The translations under genes and the position numbers were made by a program. A stretch of DNA of 64,000 nucleotides from Octopus bimaculoides (taxonomy: Eukaryota): assembly GCF_001194135.2 (NCBI RefSeq), contig NC_068981.1, positions 106,812,430 to 106,876,429 of the forward strand. Direction: 5' to 3'. Below, in pieces: positions 1 through 13,624 of this stretch. The notes below the pieces were generated by a model. That model was not told the origin of the DNA, ran no database searches, and saw only the letters and a list, made by a program, of their open reading frames with translations. How positions within the stretch are numbered: the first letter of the stretch is position 1; each line of letters begins with the position of its first letter.

Positions 1-1306
1 TGTAACTATCACAAAAGCAAATAACACATTAAAATGTACAGCATTTGGTTTGCTGAAAAATTTGGGCAGCACTAACAACTCCTGAAAACCTGTATCTGTG
101 CTATAAACTTGCTTCCCTGGCCTACTAAACAATGACAATAACACTAGCAATTGAAGATGGGATCTCTAAAAGAGATTAAAATAAGCTGGAATGAAATAAC
201 ACTTATTTTAATGTAGAATTGAAATCAATCTGAATAAAATGTTCCAAACCAGAATAGCATTAGAAACATTAATTTCTGGTTTATACATTTATTGTTGCAT
301 GATATCTCTGCACCATCTTTCTTTTTCCCTATCTTTTGTCTAAATCTCTCTTTGCACCCTTCTAACATTTTTTCTCTCCAAGGTCTTCATTCAATTTGAT
401 AGATAATCCTATTGAGAAAGATCATTTATTTTAATAGAGCATTACATTCTGCTGGTTATTCATCATAGTTTTGGTCACAGGCAGCATTTACTTCCACATA
501 TTATGCATTATTGTTCAATGGTTTTCTTTCATAAATAAATGTCACATCTAAATCCTAAACTCTGCAAGCTTCTCCTTTTCCCTTTAACATTTTTAGTCAA
601 CTTGTTTTCTTTTCTTTTTCATTGTGCAATTCTGTTTCAGTTCTTCCCCAACTTTCCACGCTATCTAGCTTCTAATTACCATTCTTCATTGCCACCTCTC
701 CTCTTGTTTTCTTGCTTCACTTTATGCTCGATTTACTTTATATTTCACCAATGTACTGTTGATAACAAGAATGGTTGGAGAGAACTGAGATATCATTCCA
801 GAGATGTTCGTGTGTGTGTGTGAATGCGAGCATGTATGTGTGCACACACCTGTGCATGTGTGTGTGTTCGTCAATGCAAGTCATTGACAAAAGAAACAGA
901 TGACACAGAAGTGCCAGTATGGCATGTTGATTGAATGGAACAGCTTATATGAAATGACATATAGCAATATGAAGCAGCAGAAGGAACTGAAGCAGTAAGT
1001 GCATATACAGCTGAGAAAATGTTTTCACTAAGTAATTATGTCAATAAGATGCTAAAACCCTCACTGTCGACAACCTCAAAAATTACGCTCCAATATGACT
1101 AGCTCGGTCCTATTTGTGGGTGAATCTTGATGAATTGCTGGTCAGCTAGTTATTAGCAAAAGATTCATACATGATGTGCATAAGCAAGCACACACATACT
1201 CATTCACAAATGCATATACACAAGGTTAACCAATACTCAGTGGCAACAAAAGCTGCTCATGCATAGTAGAAACCAAAACTGTATATTATTATTTTTATTA
1301 TCAGTT

Positions 1307-1461
1307 AAGGTGGCAAGCTGTCAGAATTGTTACTGTGCTGGGCAAAACGCTTAGTTACATTTTGTCCATCTTTATGTTCTGAGTTCAAATTTCACTGGGG
1401 TTGATGTAATCGACTTTCCCCCTCCCCTGAAATTTCTGGCCTTGTGCCAAAATTCGAACTC
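1307..1461 (+). mobile_element. tRNA-headed SINE (aaggyggc-head family), internally deleted
   Basis: Head aaggtggcaagctgtcagaattgtta, B-box-like gagttcaaatt and tail ggccttgtgccaaaattcgaa; the same layout recurs at 15231-15442. Confidence 0.7.
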
Positions 1462-1496
1462 TCTGTTATTGTTGATGATGATGATGATGAGAAGTT

Positions 1497-1640
1497 AAGG
1501 TGGTGATTTAGCAAAGTTGTTTGAGAGTTGGATATAAAACCTTCTGATATTTGTTCTAGCTCTCTGCCCTTAAGTTTCAAATTCTGTTGGGGTCAACTTT
1601 GTCTTCTATCCTTTTGGTCTTAATAAAATATAGGCTGGGG
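1497..1640 (+). mobile_element. Second, more degenerate copy of the same SINE family
   Basis: aaggtggtgatttagcaaagttgtt head and gtcaactttgtcttctatcctttt body, matching 15231-15442. Confidence 0.5.
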
Positions 1641-3369
1641 AAAAAGTTCATACGCCGTATTAAAATAATGAACTGAATGAACACACACACCACAAAAATA
1701 TATAAAAAAGCATTATTTTAACATGGCGCACAAGCTTTTTCTTCAATCTAATACTAGTCAAGTTCTGGAACTTTTCTTCCACCTTTACCTTGTCTCAATC
1801 AGCTTTGTCAAAGGATCTAAAAGTGACATTACATCAGTTTTTTTCCTGCCACTCTATGAACTCATGTAGAACGATATGCGGCAAATATATAACAGGTGTT
1901 CAAAATACTTTCATCCATTATGAAGGGGTGGGGCTAGAATGATGGCAATGGAGGAGTACCACATTGCCTCCAAATACTTTATAATATATTAGATTCACCC
2001 CATTAGGTTCTGAGTGTAATCGAGTCAGCTGTACCTGCATAAAATTCTATCAACTATAAATGACCATTATTAATAAATGGAAGTAATTATTATTATAGTA
2101 AATTATTGGTCACTTAATAAAGTATGAATTAAAGATGGTTCATTAACATTTCTATTGACTTTTCCATTTAATAATCCAGATTACAGTTTTGTTTTGATAT
2201 CTTTGCATGTGATTAATAATTATTACTTCTTTTGTGTCATTGTCCTGAAATAAAGACATGTGGTTTGTTTTTCTAGTTCTAGGTATATTATGGGTCCATT
2301 CCTTAGATACTATTTTATATCTGGTTTGAGCCACCAGCTGATAGATTTGTTTTTCTCCATTCATTTCTGAGTGATTATCTCCTGTTTTGTAGCAACACTA
2401 TCATTCCTAATCTCATCCAACAGTCCAACCAACAAATAAATAGATGCATATATTTTTTCTTGCTTGATTAATTGCTTAAGTGTTTACTTTGATATCCTTG
2501 AAAATACTAGGATGTTACAAAAATCCCAAAGTACTTTAACACGAGGCAAATGGAAATAGAAATATAGGTTATACACAAAATCAAAAGCATCTTCACACTC
2601 ATATTGTTATCTCAGCATGGTTTCTTTTAAATATTGGTAGTTATAATAATTAGTGATAGAAAATATATCAAATACCGATCAATGTAAGCTAAATGTTTTC
2701 AGTTGAATATTTCTCCTGCTATGAGTAGAAGTGAAGCAAGATATGTATCAAATGCAGCACTGCTTGTTTCTTCCAGTGTGTTTCAGACATAGCGCTGCTG
2801 TTTTCATATTGACTTTATTAATATCATAGTGATGATATGGTCATCAATTCAATTTGGCAAATTGAACTCTAAAAAAAGCTACTGATTAAATGGTTGTTTA
2901 TACAAATCTTTTAAAGGAAGTGATATAACTTCAGGATTCCTTTCTCATTACTGATTGCAGGTAAACCCCCACCACCATCTTTTAGTTGAATGATTATAAA
3001 TGTCTGAATTTGCAAAGAACAAAAAAAGAAAGAAAAAAAACTATCCCATCCATGTTAGCATGTGAAGATAACTTATTAACTCTGAACTGAAGTCAGACAT
3101 GAAACCAATAATTTTTTTCATTGTTTGACAGGTACAAGTTTTAGCCCACTTCTGTACCATCCTTATATGTATGTAGCTTTGTTTTGGTTCTGCCATTTGA
3201 TGTTCATTGGCTGCAATCAGGACTTGATTGGGAATTCCTTTCCTCATTAATCTTTCACTGAAAGTATTAACCTTCAACTATTTCATGCATATATTTTTTA
3301 AAGAACTCAAATTTAATTCTTATTATTTTAAAGTCCTAATGATAGAATTTTTCTTATGAGACATGCTCT

Positions 3370-3565
3370 ATGTGACCACTTAACCTCGTAGAAATAGCAA
3401 CTTAATCTACCCCAAATTACCCCTTATCATTTTATAATACAGAAAAATACATAGGTTAATTTGGCCCCTGATACTTTATGCTTGAAATAAGATAGGATGG
3501 TCATGTCTAAAACACCTTCGGTTATAGATCTGCTCATTAGAACTAACTTGGAGTCAAATAACAAT
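3370..3565 (+). mobile_element. Short interspersed repeat (tagaaatagc...ggatggtcatg...aataacaa family)
   Basis: Similar sequence recurs at ~18400-18690, 28960-29110 (-) and 30360-30480 (+). Confidence 0.5.
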
Positions 3566-3569
3566 TGTC

Positions 3570-4680
3570 TGTCTCCTTAATTGGCCATTAGCATGGCTTC
3601 CATAAAGTCAAATTAATATTACTCATCTGCGGTCACTCTCAGGTAAGTTGTTGTAGTGGACATAAGAAAAGCTTTCAGTTGTGAAATCTCCTATTTAAGT
3701 TGCCCATTTAGGATTCATCTCAATTCTTGATCTGAAAAATCTGTTATATTGTATCATGACAGCATGTGCTAAGAGGGCTCTCTCTATCCCATACTTTCTC
3801 AACTTGAGTGCATTTCAGTGTTTGGTAATAATATCTCTCACAGTCTTATTGTACATTAATGTCTTACCTATTTCTAACAGTACATACTTCTGTGTAGATG
3901 AACTAATTTTCGCTTCCCTTAATCTTCTGTTCACACAGACAGCCTAAACACATTATACCAGACATAAAGAAGCTTTTATGAAGACAGAGTGACCTAAACC
4001 TATGCTTTATCAGGGACAAAGCAATCTTATCAGTGTCTTTCAACAATACAAACACAAGACTTACCAAGTGAACATTGTTGCATTACTCTTGTCTCGAATA
4101 ATGCATAAATAAAATCCACTGAGTCATCACCATTGCTAACTTTCACAACCTCTGATATCTCATGGTGACCAACATGTAACAGCATTTCCAAATTAATATC
4201 ATTTGGCAGTTCCTATATCATTTGGCAATTCTCTACAAACATTGAGTAAAACCCCCATTGAGGTATGGCTTACCTCTGTGGGACAGTGTTTGTGCTACAC
4301 ATGCAAACATTATAGACCATATTGAAAAGAAGTTCATTTGACTGATTGACAAAGCTTTACCCACCAATACACTTCAATCACTAGCACGCAGATCCATTGT
4401 TACTCTCCTGCCTCTCTCTCTCCGACTACTACTGTGGCCACTGCTTCTATGAAATAGTTAACTGCAAATTCTGTTCATTCAGGACTACCTGTTCCACCCA
4501 TCTAATTTGTCCTCCATCAGCCTTACTCTGAAATACCCTCCAGATCTTAAACTAAATATTTCACCCCGCCCTTCTATCCTAGAACTGCAATACTTAGAAC
4601 TTCACCCCCATCAGTGTTTTTCTTGTAAACATCATGCTACAGCTATTTTAATACATCAGCCATACTGACTTCAGGGTGTT
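3570..4680 (+). mobile_element. Heavily decayed CR1/Jockey-group LINE, RT and C-terminal part of ORF2
   Basis: Collinear degenerate motifs across frameshifts: HGFHK (QYGFR-like), VVVVDIRKAF (LDISKAF-like), AILYKH*VKP (LYKAQVRP-like), LQSLARR..YY.GHC and FYPRTA.. Confidence 0.6.
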
Positions 4681-6439
4681 TGCAACGGTCAACAGTACTG
4701 TTCTACATTCTTTTACTTACTTATTTAAAAATATTGATTGAGAGGCATAAGAATTAAATGTAGTAATGAGTATTAACAAATGGTTTATGATGTAGCAATA
4801 ATCATATTGAGGCACCAACAATAACATTGGTTCAATTCTCACTAGGCACTCACATTTTATTGTCTTCTACTTTCACTTTGTGTATTTGTAAGACACTTTA
4901 AAAATCATGAACATCTATTTATTCTTTATAGTAGAAAGTTACTATTCTGTAGAGAGTGCAACCATTAACTTAAAATCAGGAGACATTTACTGTTATATAC
5001 TTCATTGCAAACATTAGCCTAAAATTGATAGAGAAATCCATTGCAATGTATGAAGTGCAACCATTTAACTGAAAACTAGCAGAAATTCTCTATTAAGGAG
5101 GAGACAATGAAACCATTAGCCATCTGTCCTTAGTTTTTTTTTTCAGTGATACTAATGGTTGTAATAAAATAAAATTGTCATCTAGTCTGACAACTTCAGT
5201 TTGAGAAGCGAGATTGCTTGATTTTGAATATTTTTAGTGTAAACATCTTTGATAATCATTTAGTTGTCACTAATTTAAATAGTGTAAATCTTGAAACTTG
5301 ATTTTATCCATGGCTTTCTCCAAAAAATTTTTAATTTCCATTTTTAATTTAAACTGAACAAAGAGTATTTAAGACTATTATTTCTTTTTTTTTTTCATTA
5401 AATTCTGTTTTTTTATATACTTTTGAATATTTTCAAACAAGCATGGTATATTGCTTTCACTTTCATATGATTTAATATTTAGCTGTCAGCATTCAAACAT
5501 TGTTATTATGTAGTTTTGTAAAATTCAATATATAATAATATTGTTTTTCAGATTATATGCAAGCACATCCTACTATTTTGCCTTCAGTCTTCATTAAAAA
5601 AAAAAAAGTCCTTCTGAAATTTGTTTTAACCAAATAAGATATTTTTCTTGGTTTTTGAAACTAACTCAGCCTAGAGCTATGAGCTATACATTATTTTGAG
5701 TTTTGTTTTTATTCTTATTCATTTGAAGTAGTTCTTTTCTTAAACCAGAGGATATTATTTCTTTACCACTTTTGACATTGTTCCAGTTATAATCAGCATT
5801 AGATACTTTTTTGCCATTTTTAATTCTAATCTTCAACTGAAATATATCCTATCTTATTTATAATCCATTGGAAGAAAAAGAAATTGTTATATTTACAGCA
5901 TATTTACACATTTATTGATACATTAGATAAACCACAAATAAAACTTCCTTTTGCAAAATTGATAAAGTGGGTGAATTTACAACTGCAATATTTCTTTGAT
6001 TCAAAGTATATACATTTATTTGCTGTGATTTACTCCCTAATGTTTGTTCACACATTGAAGAGTCACAAAGTTAAGAAGACTATATTTATCTGAGTTGATG
6101 AGTTATGAATTTCTACCTTGTCAATGACTTTTTCATAGAAAAGTTATAAAGATCTTGTCCTATATTCTTCATTGGGAAATATATGTACAAGCATCTTGAC
6201 CAGTCTGAAAATTAATAAAGGACTTTATACTAATGTGTTCAAATCCTGTCACATGTGATCAGTAAATATTCATATGTTAACAAGCAGATTAAAACAAATC
6301 AATTGTTGGCAGCTTTTTTAATCTAAATAATGGCTGCCAGCTAAGGAGATGAACCATCTTCAAAATAACGTCTCTTGGGAGGCTAGTAGAGGAAAAAAAA
6401 AGTTTAACACTTTACCGTTTATGATTCTTTTTTCTTTTT

Positions 6440-6800
6440 AGGAAAATATTCAATCTCAAAAACAAAAAAAATGTTCACAAGCTAAAAAGTCATTTAAAGA
6501 AATTGCTTGTGAACCAGTACATCTCAGACAACATGTATATTATTCAGTACTGATACAGAAATCTCATGCTAGAACATATTCTGGACATTAATCTACCTCA
6601 AAAACCAAGCAGGTAATGTAGACAAGAAACTGATACCAGGCAAATAACATCAAAAATGATTACTGTGTATCAGAACCACCAGTGAAATTATCTTATAATA
6701 AGTTTCTATTTTGTAACATTTGGTTCTCTACAACTATATGATTCCAAAAGGAATGACATGAACACAAGCAAAATTGTTCAATGATGTAGAACTGTTTCTA
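6440..6800 (+). mobile_element. Probable CR1-type LINE 3' remnant
   Basis: Degenerate segments KSH(L)EH, DKKLIPG (ATKLIPG-like) and SLQLYDSKRNDMNTSKI (SLE.RR.RGDLI..YKI-like); all three frames contain stops. Confidence 0.35.
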
Positions 6801-7652
6801 TTAAAAGCTACTTTTGATATGACCTTGTATTAACATTTAATTAATAAAACACCATTCATGTCTTAAAAAATTTCTACTATGCTGAAGCAAGAATCAGCTA
6901 TGTTTCAGTAACTCTGATGGAAGCAGTCAAAGGGAAATGATAAAATAGATTGTAGTTGTAATTTTCATATAGTAATAACTGCTTAGACTACTATGGTTAG
7001 TTGATGGTGTAGGGAATCTGTACTTTGTATGATTTTTTTTTAGGGTTTTCTTTTAGGAATACAATAGCAAGAAATTAATATTGTTGGTTAACTACAAAAG
7101 TTAATTTCAGTAGATTCTTTGAGCAAGTTTAGAGGTGTGGGGAGGTTGTGCTATTTTTGTTTCAAATATTGATTCATTGTAATTGATTTTTATATTTTTT
7201 TCAAATGGTAGAATGAATACGAAGGTTTTTCTGATATTCAAGTGGCCTACTCTTGTTCATGCAAACTGTTCAGTGATTTCTTTATGAAGTGCAACTCATG
7301 CATGCGCATATGTACACATCTTTTTGTGTAAGGTAGATGTGTTATGATTTGACTAAAATAAACAGATGTTTATTTTATTCACCATGAATAAGATAATTAT
7401 TCAACAAAATACAAATTCTAAAATCTAAGATATCAAACTATAAGGTACTTATTCCAGCCCCATCTTCTGCTGCATTTCCATGAACTTAGTTTAGAATCCT
7501 TTCTTTTTTAAGCCACAAAAGTCTTTCTATATGAAGATGAGGATGTTTACATAATGTATTCAATACCAGTATTATGAGTTCTCTTTGCTTTTCATAAATA
7601 CTGTAAAGATTAATAGAAAGGATTTGGGGAGCTGTCAACTTTTAGATCTTAG

Positions 7653-7870
7653 CATCATTATTATCATCATTTTAAATCTTCTTTTGCATGTAGCATGACC
7701 TGGATGGGTTTTCTAAGTTTCAGTCAGTTCTTATCTAGAATTACTACTCTCTTGGACAGATTGCTTTCATGTTTTATTTTGGCGTGGTGTTTATTACTGG
7801 ATACCTTTCCTATCTTCAACTGTTTTACAGTGTGTACTGGATGCATTTTTTGATCCCAGTACTAGAGTGG
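7653..7870 (-). mobile_element. RTE-type LINE 3' UTR fragment
   Basis: (cat)n tail and ggatacctttcctatcttcaactgttttacagtgtgtactgg, homologous to the copies at 29255-29459 and 30015-30225. Confidence 0.5.
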
Positions 7871-7879
7871 TTGTCTTGT

Positions 7880-8560
7880 CCCTGACAAAATTAATGGAGT
7901 ACCTTTTTCCTTACACTGTTTCCATTCACCATTTTCTCTTTACCTCACAACTGGGTGAGAACAGAGCCAGAGTTACTGGAGCAAGAGTGAGGTAGTGACT
8001 GTTACATGATGGTTGTTGGTAAGGAGATTAAAGAGTGGGATGAAAAAAGAACCAGTGAGAGTGATAGATGAGTGATAGAACTAGAGCAAGAGGTGATAGA
8101 GAAGGAGGAGGAAGTAATGAGAAAGATGATTGTGGGTTAGGAGATTGAACAGAAATGACATGAATAATGTGATGGGTAACAGGGAGTGCTGAAAGTGAGA
8201 TTTATGGCTATCAACAAATGGTAGAGAGAGTAATGTGTGTGTGAGAGAGAGAGATTAATGGATACCATGAAGATCAGTGGTGGTAAGAGAGTGTGAATAA
8301 GAGGAGTAATGGGAGAGAGAATGATGGGTAGGAATAGAAAAAAGTCGATGGTAAATTGGGATTGAATGCAAATAGAGCCAATACAATGCTATCTCTCATT
8401 ACACTGGTGGCATGATGGGAAAGAGATAGAGTGACAGTAGAAAGATACATTGGTAAAAGTGGAAGTAAGTGATAGATGAGAGAGTAATGAGGATTAGAGG
8501 AGGTTGGCAGATGGAGACTTAATATGAATAAAGTGATCGAGAGAAACCCATATATAAACA
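7880..8560 (-). other. Purine-skewed degenerate repeat, possibly old LINE interior
   Basis: Strong G/A skew on +, with similar tracts at ~34560-35040, 36400-36570, 47300-47700 and 51060-51580; no diagnostic motif recognised. Confidence 0.3.
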
Positions 8561-9227
8561 TCATCCATCCTGATCTTCATCACCACCAACATTGCTTTTT
8601 TTCTCTGTTTTTCCGTGCTTGCATAGATTAGGATAGTTTTTTTTTTTTCACCAAGTGCAGCATTAATCATTTGGCTGGGTTTTCATACCGGTTTTGAAGA
8701 TGATGGTGTGACCAATACATTTTGTATAGAATTTGGTAGGTATAAACTTTGTAAGAATGTCTGCTTTTCTCTATGAATGATGTAAACATTAGTGAAAAAC
8801 CAGTACTCTTCAAACAAAATCCTCTGATTTACAGACACTGATTTGTTGCTCTTGTTAAAAATGTAGTGAACCAGTAAGTGACCTACTGGAAACCTTTAAC
8901 CAATGATTCATAAATTACAATATAGAATATTAAATAAATTTGTTAATCAAGTTGAATTATATACTGGTTAATGATTTTATTGGAAGTAGATTAAACTATT
9001 TGTAATAATGGCTTTTAAATTGTACAGTCTCATCCTTGTATAAATGTTAAATCTTAGGAGCATAACTTTTTAAAAATTTTATTTTATTATTGCTCCTAGG
9101 CAAACTGAGGTTGATTTCCAGCCTGATGGATTCCTTAGGTTCAGAAAGAGCTGACTGTTTTTTTGTTTTTTTTTCACTTTGAATATTTTGAAACTTTTCA
9201 AACAATAATGAGCATGTTTGTATTTTA

Positions 9228-9944
9228 AGATCTTTTCTGTGTGACTGCACCTGTGGAAATTTCAAAGCTTAGTGAAAATTTTAAAATTTGGTATATCGAT
9301 GTAATTTTTCATGCAGAATCTCAGGGGGTATTTAACTTTTTCTAGAAAATTTTTAAAAAATAGTTACAGAAGTTTAAAGTTCATCATTTTTACTCAGTCA
9401 GAAAACAGGATTTGGAAGTTGTCTTTTTGTGCATGGCAGCAAGTTATGTCAACTGTAAGCAAATGAAATATTGGTGGAGTTCTGCTTTACGCATGCCATA
9501 TTACCCCTCATAACTTTATTCTTTTTTTGGGAATTTTCAGAAATTTTTTTGTGAATTTGTATTCTACCCATGGGAATTCATATGATTATGCAAAAAAGAA
9601 AAAAAAGTTGGTGCGGGATTTAAGGACTATTTAGCTATTATTTTTAGCACATCTCACAGCCACCATTTAATAAGCACTAAATGACCACCTAAGTAAGCAG
9701 CTTGGTAACAACTTGGCTTGTTACTATGGAAACAAGCATCTATATGCCTGTGACTTGCGGTTGGCTAAAATTATCCAGAATTTGCAAACTTTATAAGCTA
9801 TTAACTCTTTATTTACTGATTTATGACAAAAGCGAATTTCATGTCAATGATTAACATACAAGACTATATCATTACATCAAATATGAAATCAATTGGAACA
9901 GAAATTGAAGAAATTGAAAAGAGGCAGCCAATCAGAAAATATGT
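9228..9944. mobile_element. Non-autonomous DNA transposon, degenerate GGATC-type TIR, 8-bp TSD
   Basis: GTATTTTA at 9220-9227 and 9945-9952; ends agatcttttctgtgtgactgc / gcagccaatcagaaaatatgt; interior homologous to 13625-14639. Confidence 0.7.
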
Positions 9945-10010
9945 GTATTTTAAGATTGCAACAATTGAAGACTTCACTCATTTTACACTTAAAATTCCTG
10001 ATATGGTTAG

Positions 10011-10230
10011 CCCTTTAGCATTTAAAACTAACTGTATCAGGCCCAAATATTCTACCTGTTTTATGTTCAAGCTGGCCACATTAGACCTCCCACACCTACC
10101 CGACAATGTTATTCTAAAAATAGATGATCACATCATCAAAATTTTACTGCTCTAAGGTAATGCATGATAATTCAAAACAGTGCAAATGAATAAGCATCAC
10201 ATTTCATAGAGTAATCTGAATACTAAAGGT
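10011..10230. mobile_element. piggyBac-type MITE (ccctttagcatt TIR)
   Basis: ttag|ccctttagcatt ... aatactaaaggt|ttaa; homologous to five other copies in the window. Confidence 0.85.
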
Positions 10231-11156
10231 TTAATATTTATATTGAAATAATAGTTAAGTAATTGATTTTTTTCTTTTTGGTGCAGCTGTAGTTTTACAA
10301 ATGGATTGTCTTCATCATCAGGAAAGTTTATTTGAAATAAAGTAAAGCATTTAAAATTTAGCTGGTTAATGTTTTTTTTTTAATTCAATTTGATTTCAAA
10401 ATAACTATAAGGCACATTCTTGCCCACATATCTTTGTAATTGAATAGTCATTGGTTTGTTCTTTCCATTTTTTTTATAAAGTGAAAGTGCAGTCTTTTCA
10501 GATATTTATAGTTTGTTTTGATTTTAGGATTTCATGTTTACAATAACATGATAGTTTTTCAAAATGAACATGACATAGTTTTCCAAAATGATATATAGGT
10601 GTCAGGTAATAAAAAATAATTGGGAAAAAAACATTTGGTCTAATATATTTGTCTGTACTGAGAGAAAAACAAAAAACTACAAATTTGATATATTTTCAAT
10701 TTTGATATTCAAACCTACTTATTAATTGCCTTTAGCCTAAAATAGAGTTTAGCTGATAAATTTAATAACAATGTCAAAGATATGTCATATTTTCCTGTAA
10801 ACTAAATAATTTATTTGTAACTTTTCAATGTCAGTGATCATCAGACAGTTTGTAGGATTTATAATTCTTCAAATAATAGATACAAAAAGGAAATCACTAG
10901 TGTATTTTTTTTTTTTTTGCTATTTTATGCTTGTAATTTTTAACTTTGTAATTCATCGCTGTCTAGTTTTCATTAATGACATCAGTTTGAAGTACTCCAA
11001 ATAAAATGGTATTGATTGAATGAAATAATTGCAAGATTAAGGGGAAAAAATGAAAACAGTAATTAAAATATTTATATCCTTAGCTTTTACAAACATAGCT
11101 TCAATTACCAGCTCAATTTTTCAAGCAGGTATACTGATGAGAGTAAATAGTGAAGT

Positions 11157-11270
11157 ACCCTACCATACAATGTCAATCTAAAGATAAACAGCCACATCAT
11201 CAAAATCTCAAAACTGCAAGATAATGCATGTTTAATTCAAAACAGTGGGAATAAATAAGCATTACATTTG
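11157..11270. mobile_element. Partial copy of the piggyBac-type MITE
   Basis: cacatcatcaaaatctcaaaactgcaagataatgcatg...aataagcattacatttga matches the MITE interior. Confidence 0.6.
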
Positions 11271-12179
11271 ATTTTATACATGAATTTTAAAACATTTATA
11301 GAACAGTGATGCCCTATTTCTTTCTAATGTCTTAGATGAGGAAGGGCACTGCCCATGACCTTTTCCAGGGCTTTGTCTAATACCCATGCAATTTACATAA
11401 GAGACTCTTAAAATAATGACATGCAATTAATTACCAAGAAGTTTCAAGCACTATGTTAGCAGCTTTCTAACATGTTGCAAAATGGATACAGAAGCCTGGG
11501 GAGATTGCAGTCTCAGATGCATTCTGTGTAAAACCTAGCAATTAAAATAATGATTCTGCATTTAATGTGCGAATTACTCAACAAGCAACAATGGATTAAA
11601 TCCCAGATATCTATCATTAATCTTTAAGGTTCAGCCTTTCATTCCTGAATTGAAATAAAACATTCCAATCCTTGAGATTCAATGAACTCAGCTGTTCAAT
11701 ATCCCCCTTTAAAGCATAAAAGATATGTATGGAATAAATGTGAATACATTCAGATTAAATTTAGATAGTGTACTGTTTATTATTCCAGATGAGTATGCAT
11801 TGTACTCAGGAAGCACATTTAAGGGTTTACACTCCCTCTCACACCAAACCACAAGATAAATTGGGAAACCAGTGACACCTGTGTCCTTATGTAAGAAAAG
11901 GTAAACAATTACATTATCGAGAAGCTACAAGATGACGCATGATTAATTTAAAACTATTTTGAACACAAACCTGTTTGATCAGAGCTAGCACAGGGCTAAA
12001 ATAACTAGTCAACCCTAGAGTGATGACAGGCAAAGAAAACACTATTATTCCAACTCAAAACACTTTCTTACTAGACATAGAGGCCCAGAGTTATAGTTAT
12101 TAAAAAAATGTTTCTAATTAAAAAAAAAGAAAAGTGTGATGTTCTTGCCTTTCACATTAGCAGCACATGGGAAATGGAA

Positions 12180-12490
12180 GTTGCTTCGACTTTGAATTGA
12201 AACTGGGTCATCCACAAATGGATGAATGGTAAAGTTGACCTCAGTAGAATTTGAAATCTGTACTCAGAAATTAAAGACAGATGAAATGTTGTTAAGCAGT
12301 TTGTTTTGTGTGTTAATGGTTCTTCCACCTTAGCACCTTAATAATAATAATAGTAATAGTAATGGTTTCAAATTTTGGCACAAGGTCAGCAATTTTGTGT
12401 AAGCAAGCTAGTCGATAACATCAACCCCAATGCTCAACAGGTAACATATTTTACCAATCCCTGAAAGGATGAAAGGCTAAGTCGACAATA
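12180..12490 (-). mobile_element. Two adjacent SINE fragments (aaggyggc-head family)
   Basis: aaagttgacctcagtagaatttgaa and ttcaaattttggcacaagg...ggatgaaaggctaagtcgac are reverse complements of the 15231-15442 SINE. Confidence 0.55.
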
Positions 12491-13624
12491 ATAATATCTC
12501 TTATAAAAGCAAAAATATGTAATCTTCAAGGTTTGAAGTTATGTTAATGTTTCCCATAAGAATCAATACAAAGTGTATGTAGATGTATGTATACTTGCAG
12601 ATAAACAAACATGTACACTTGAAACTGAGTACTTACATGTAAGAAACATACTCGCTAAGTGGATATGAGTTCAGATTCACTACAGTTGCTTCTTATTTTA
12701 ACATGCTTTTGTTCTCATAAATCTCCAGGATTCTCCATCAGATTCATCAGGAACCTGGAACTTTGTGTCAGTCCATAAAAGCCACATTAGAAGACTTTGA
12801 AGACATTTACATTTTACATACATTCTGTTCACATCAGTTTGACATACAGGTGTGTTAGGTAGTTAAATAAAACGACAGGGAATTTATGTTATGTCAGAAA
12901 GGTTCACATGGCTAAAAATATATCAGGAGGAAATTCTGATATACAAGCAAACCAAGATACACACACACACACACACCTTGATCAATCAAATAATATTCAA
13001 CATCAGCCTAAGGTATTAAGGATTTGAATTCACTGATATAATCAAAAACAGTAGGAAGCTTTTTGTCTATATTATGAGTTTCTCTTTTATCCCTGCAATG
13101 TCAGTTTGAAGTGAATTTACCCTTCCCTCTGCTGATATCAAAATGAGTTATTTGGAATTATAATTATATTAGTTCTAATGCAGAGATAACATGCAAGATA
13201 TTTTTACTTATTATCCAGATTTTATGATCTTCCGATAGTTTCCAAAAGATGCTATCTCTGAATCTATACTATAAAAGGCATAATAAATAAAATGTAATCA
13301 AACCTTTGATATTCCTAACTAACAAACAACAAGCTATCTACAAAACTGCTGATTTAGGTATAGATCCCAGTAATTAAAATTTTGAGCAGTCCCATATTGC
13401 TTGTTACTGCTATTTATCTGAGTATTACTTTTGCTGAAGAGAAAAAATTGGGGGAAAAAAAAAAGACATCATTTGAAAGATTAATTATTCTTAATATACT
13501 TATTTACTAATAAGACATTGAAAGTTAAGTGAACTAAGGAAAGCATTGTTGAAGGGGTATCACCTCTATATCTTTACCTGTTTTCCAGTGGCATATTCAC
13601 CAAGCTAGGTGAAATTTAGAAGTG

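Noticed and set aside
3592-3642. 51-nt open exon-like segment HGFHKVKLILLICGHSQ with a CAG|gtaagt donor
   Set aside because: It sits in register with LINE RT motifs (QYGFR-like, then LDISKAF-like), so it is part of the decayed LINE.
6442-6612. 171-nt segment with a strong acceptor and CAG|gtaatg donor
   Set aside because: All three frames have stops, and the sequence continues into CR1-like motifs beyond the donor.
8656-8737. Exon-like frame AALIIWLGFHTGFEDDGVTNTFCIEF
   Set aside because: No recognisable protein; directly follows a retroelement tail; its only phase-compatible partner (6442-6612) looks LINE-derived.
9823-10155. 110-aa ORF from the track
   Set aside because: Runs across the end of a DNA transposon into a MITE; chance ORF.
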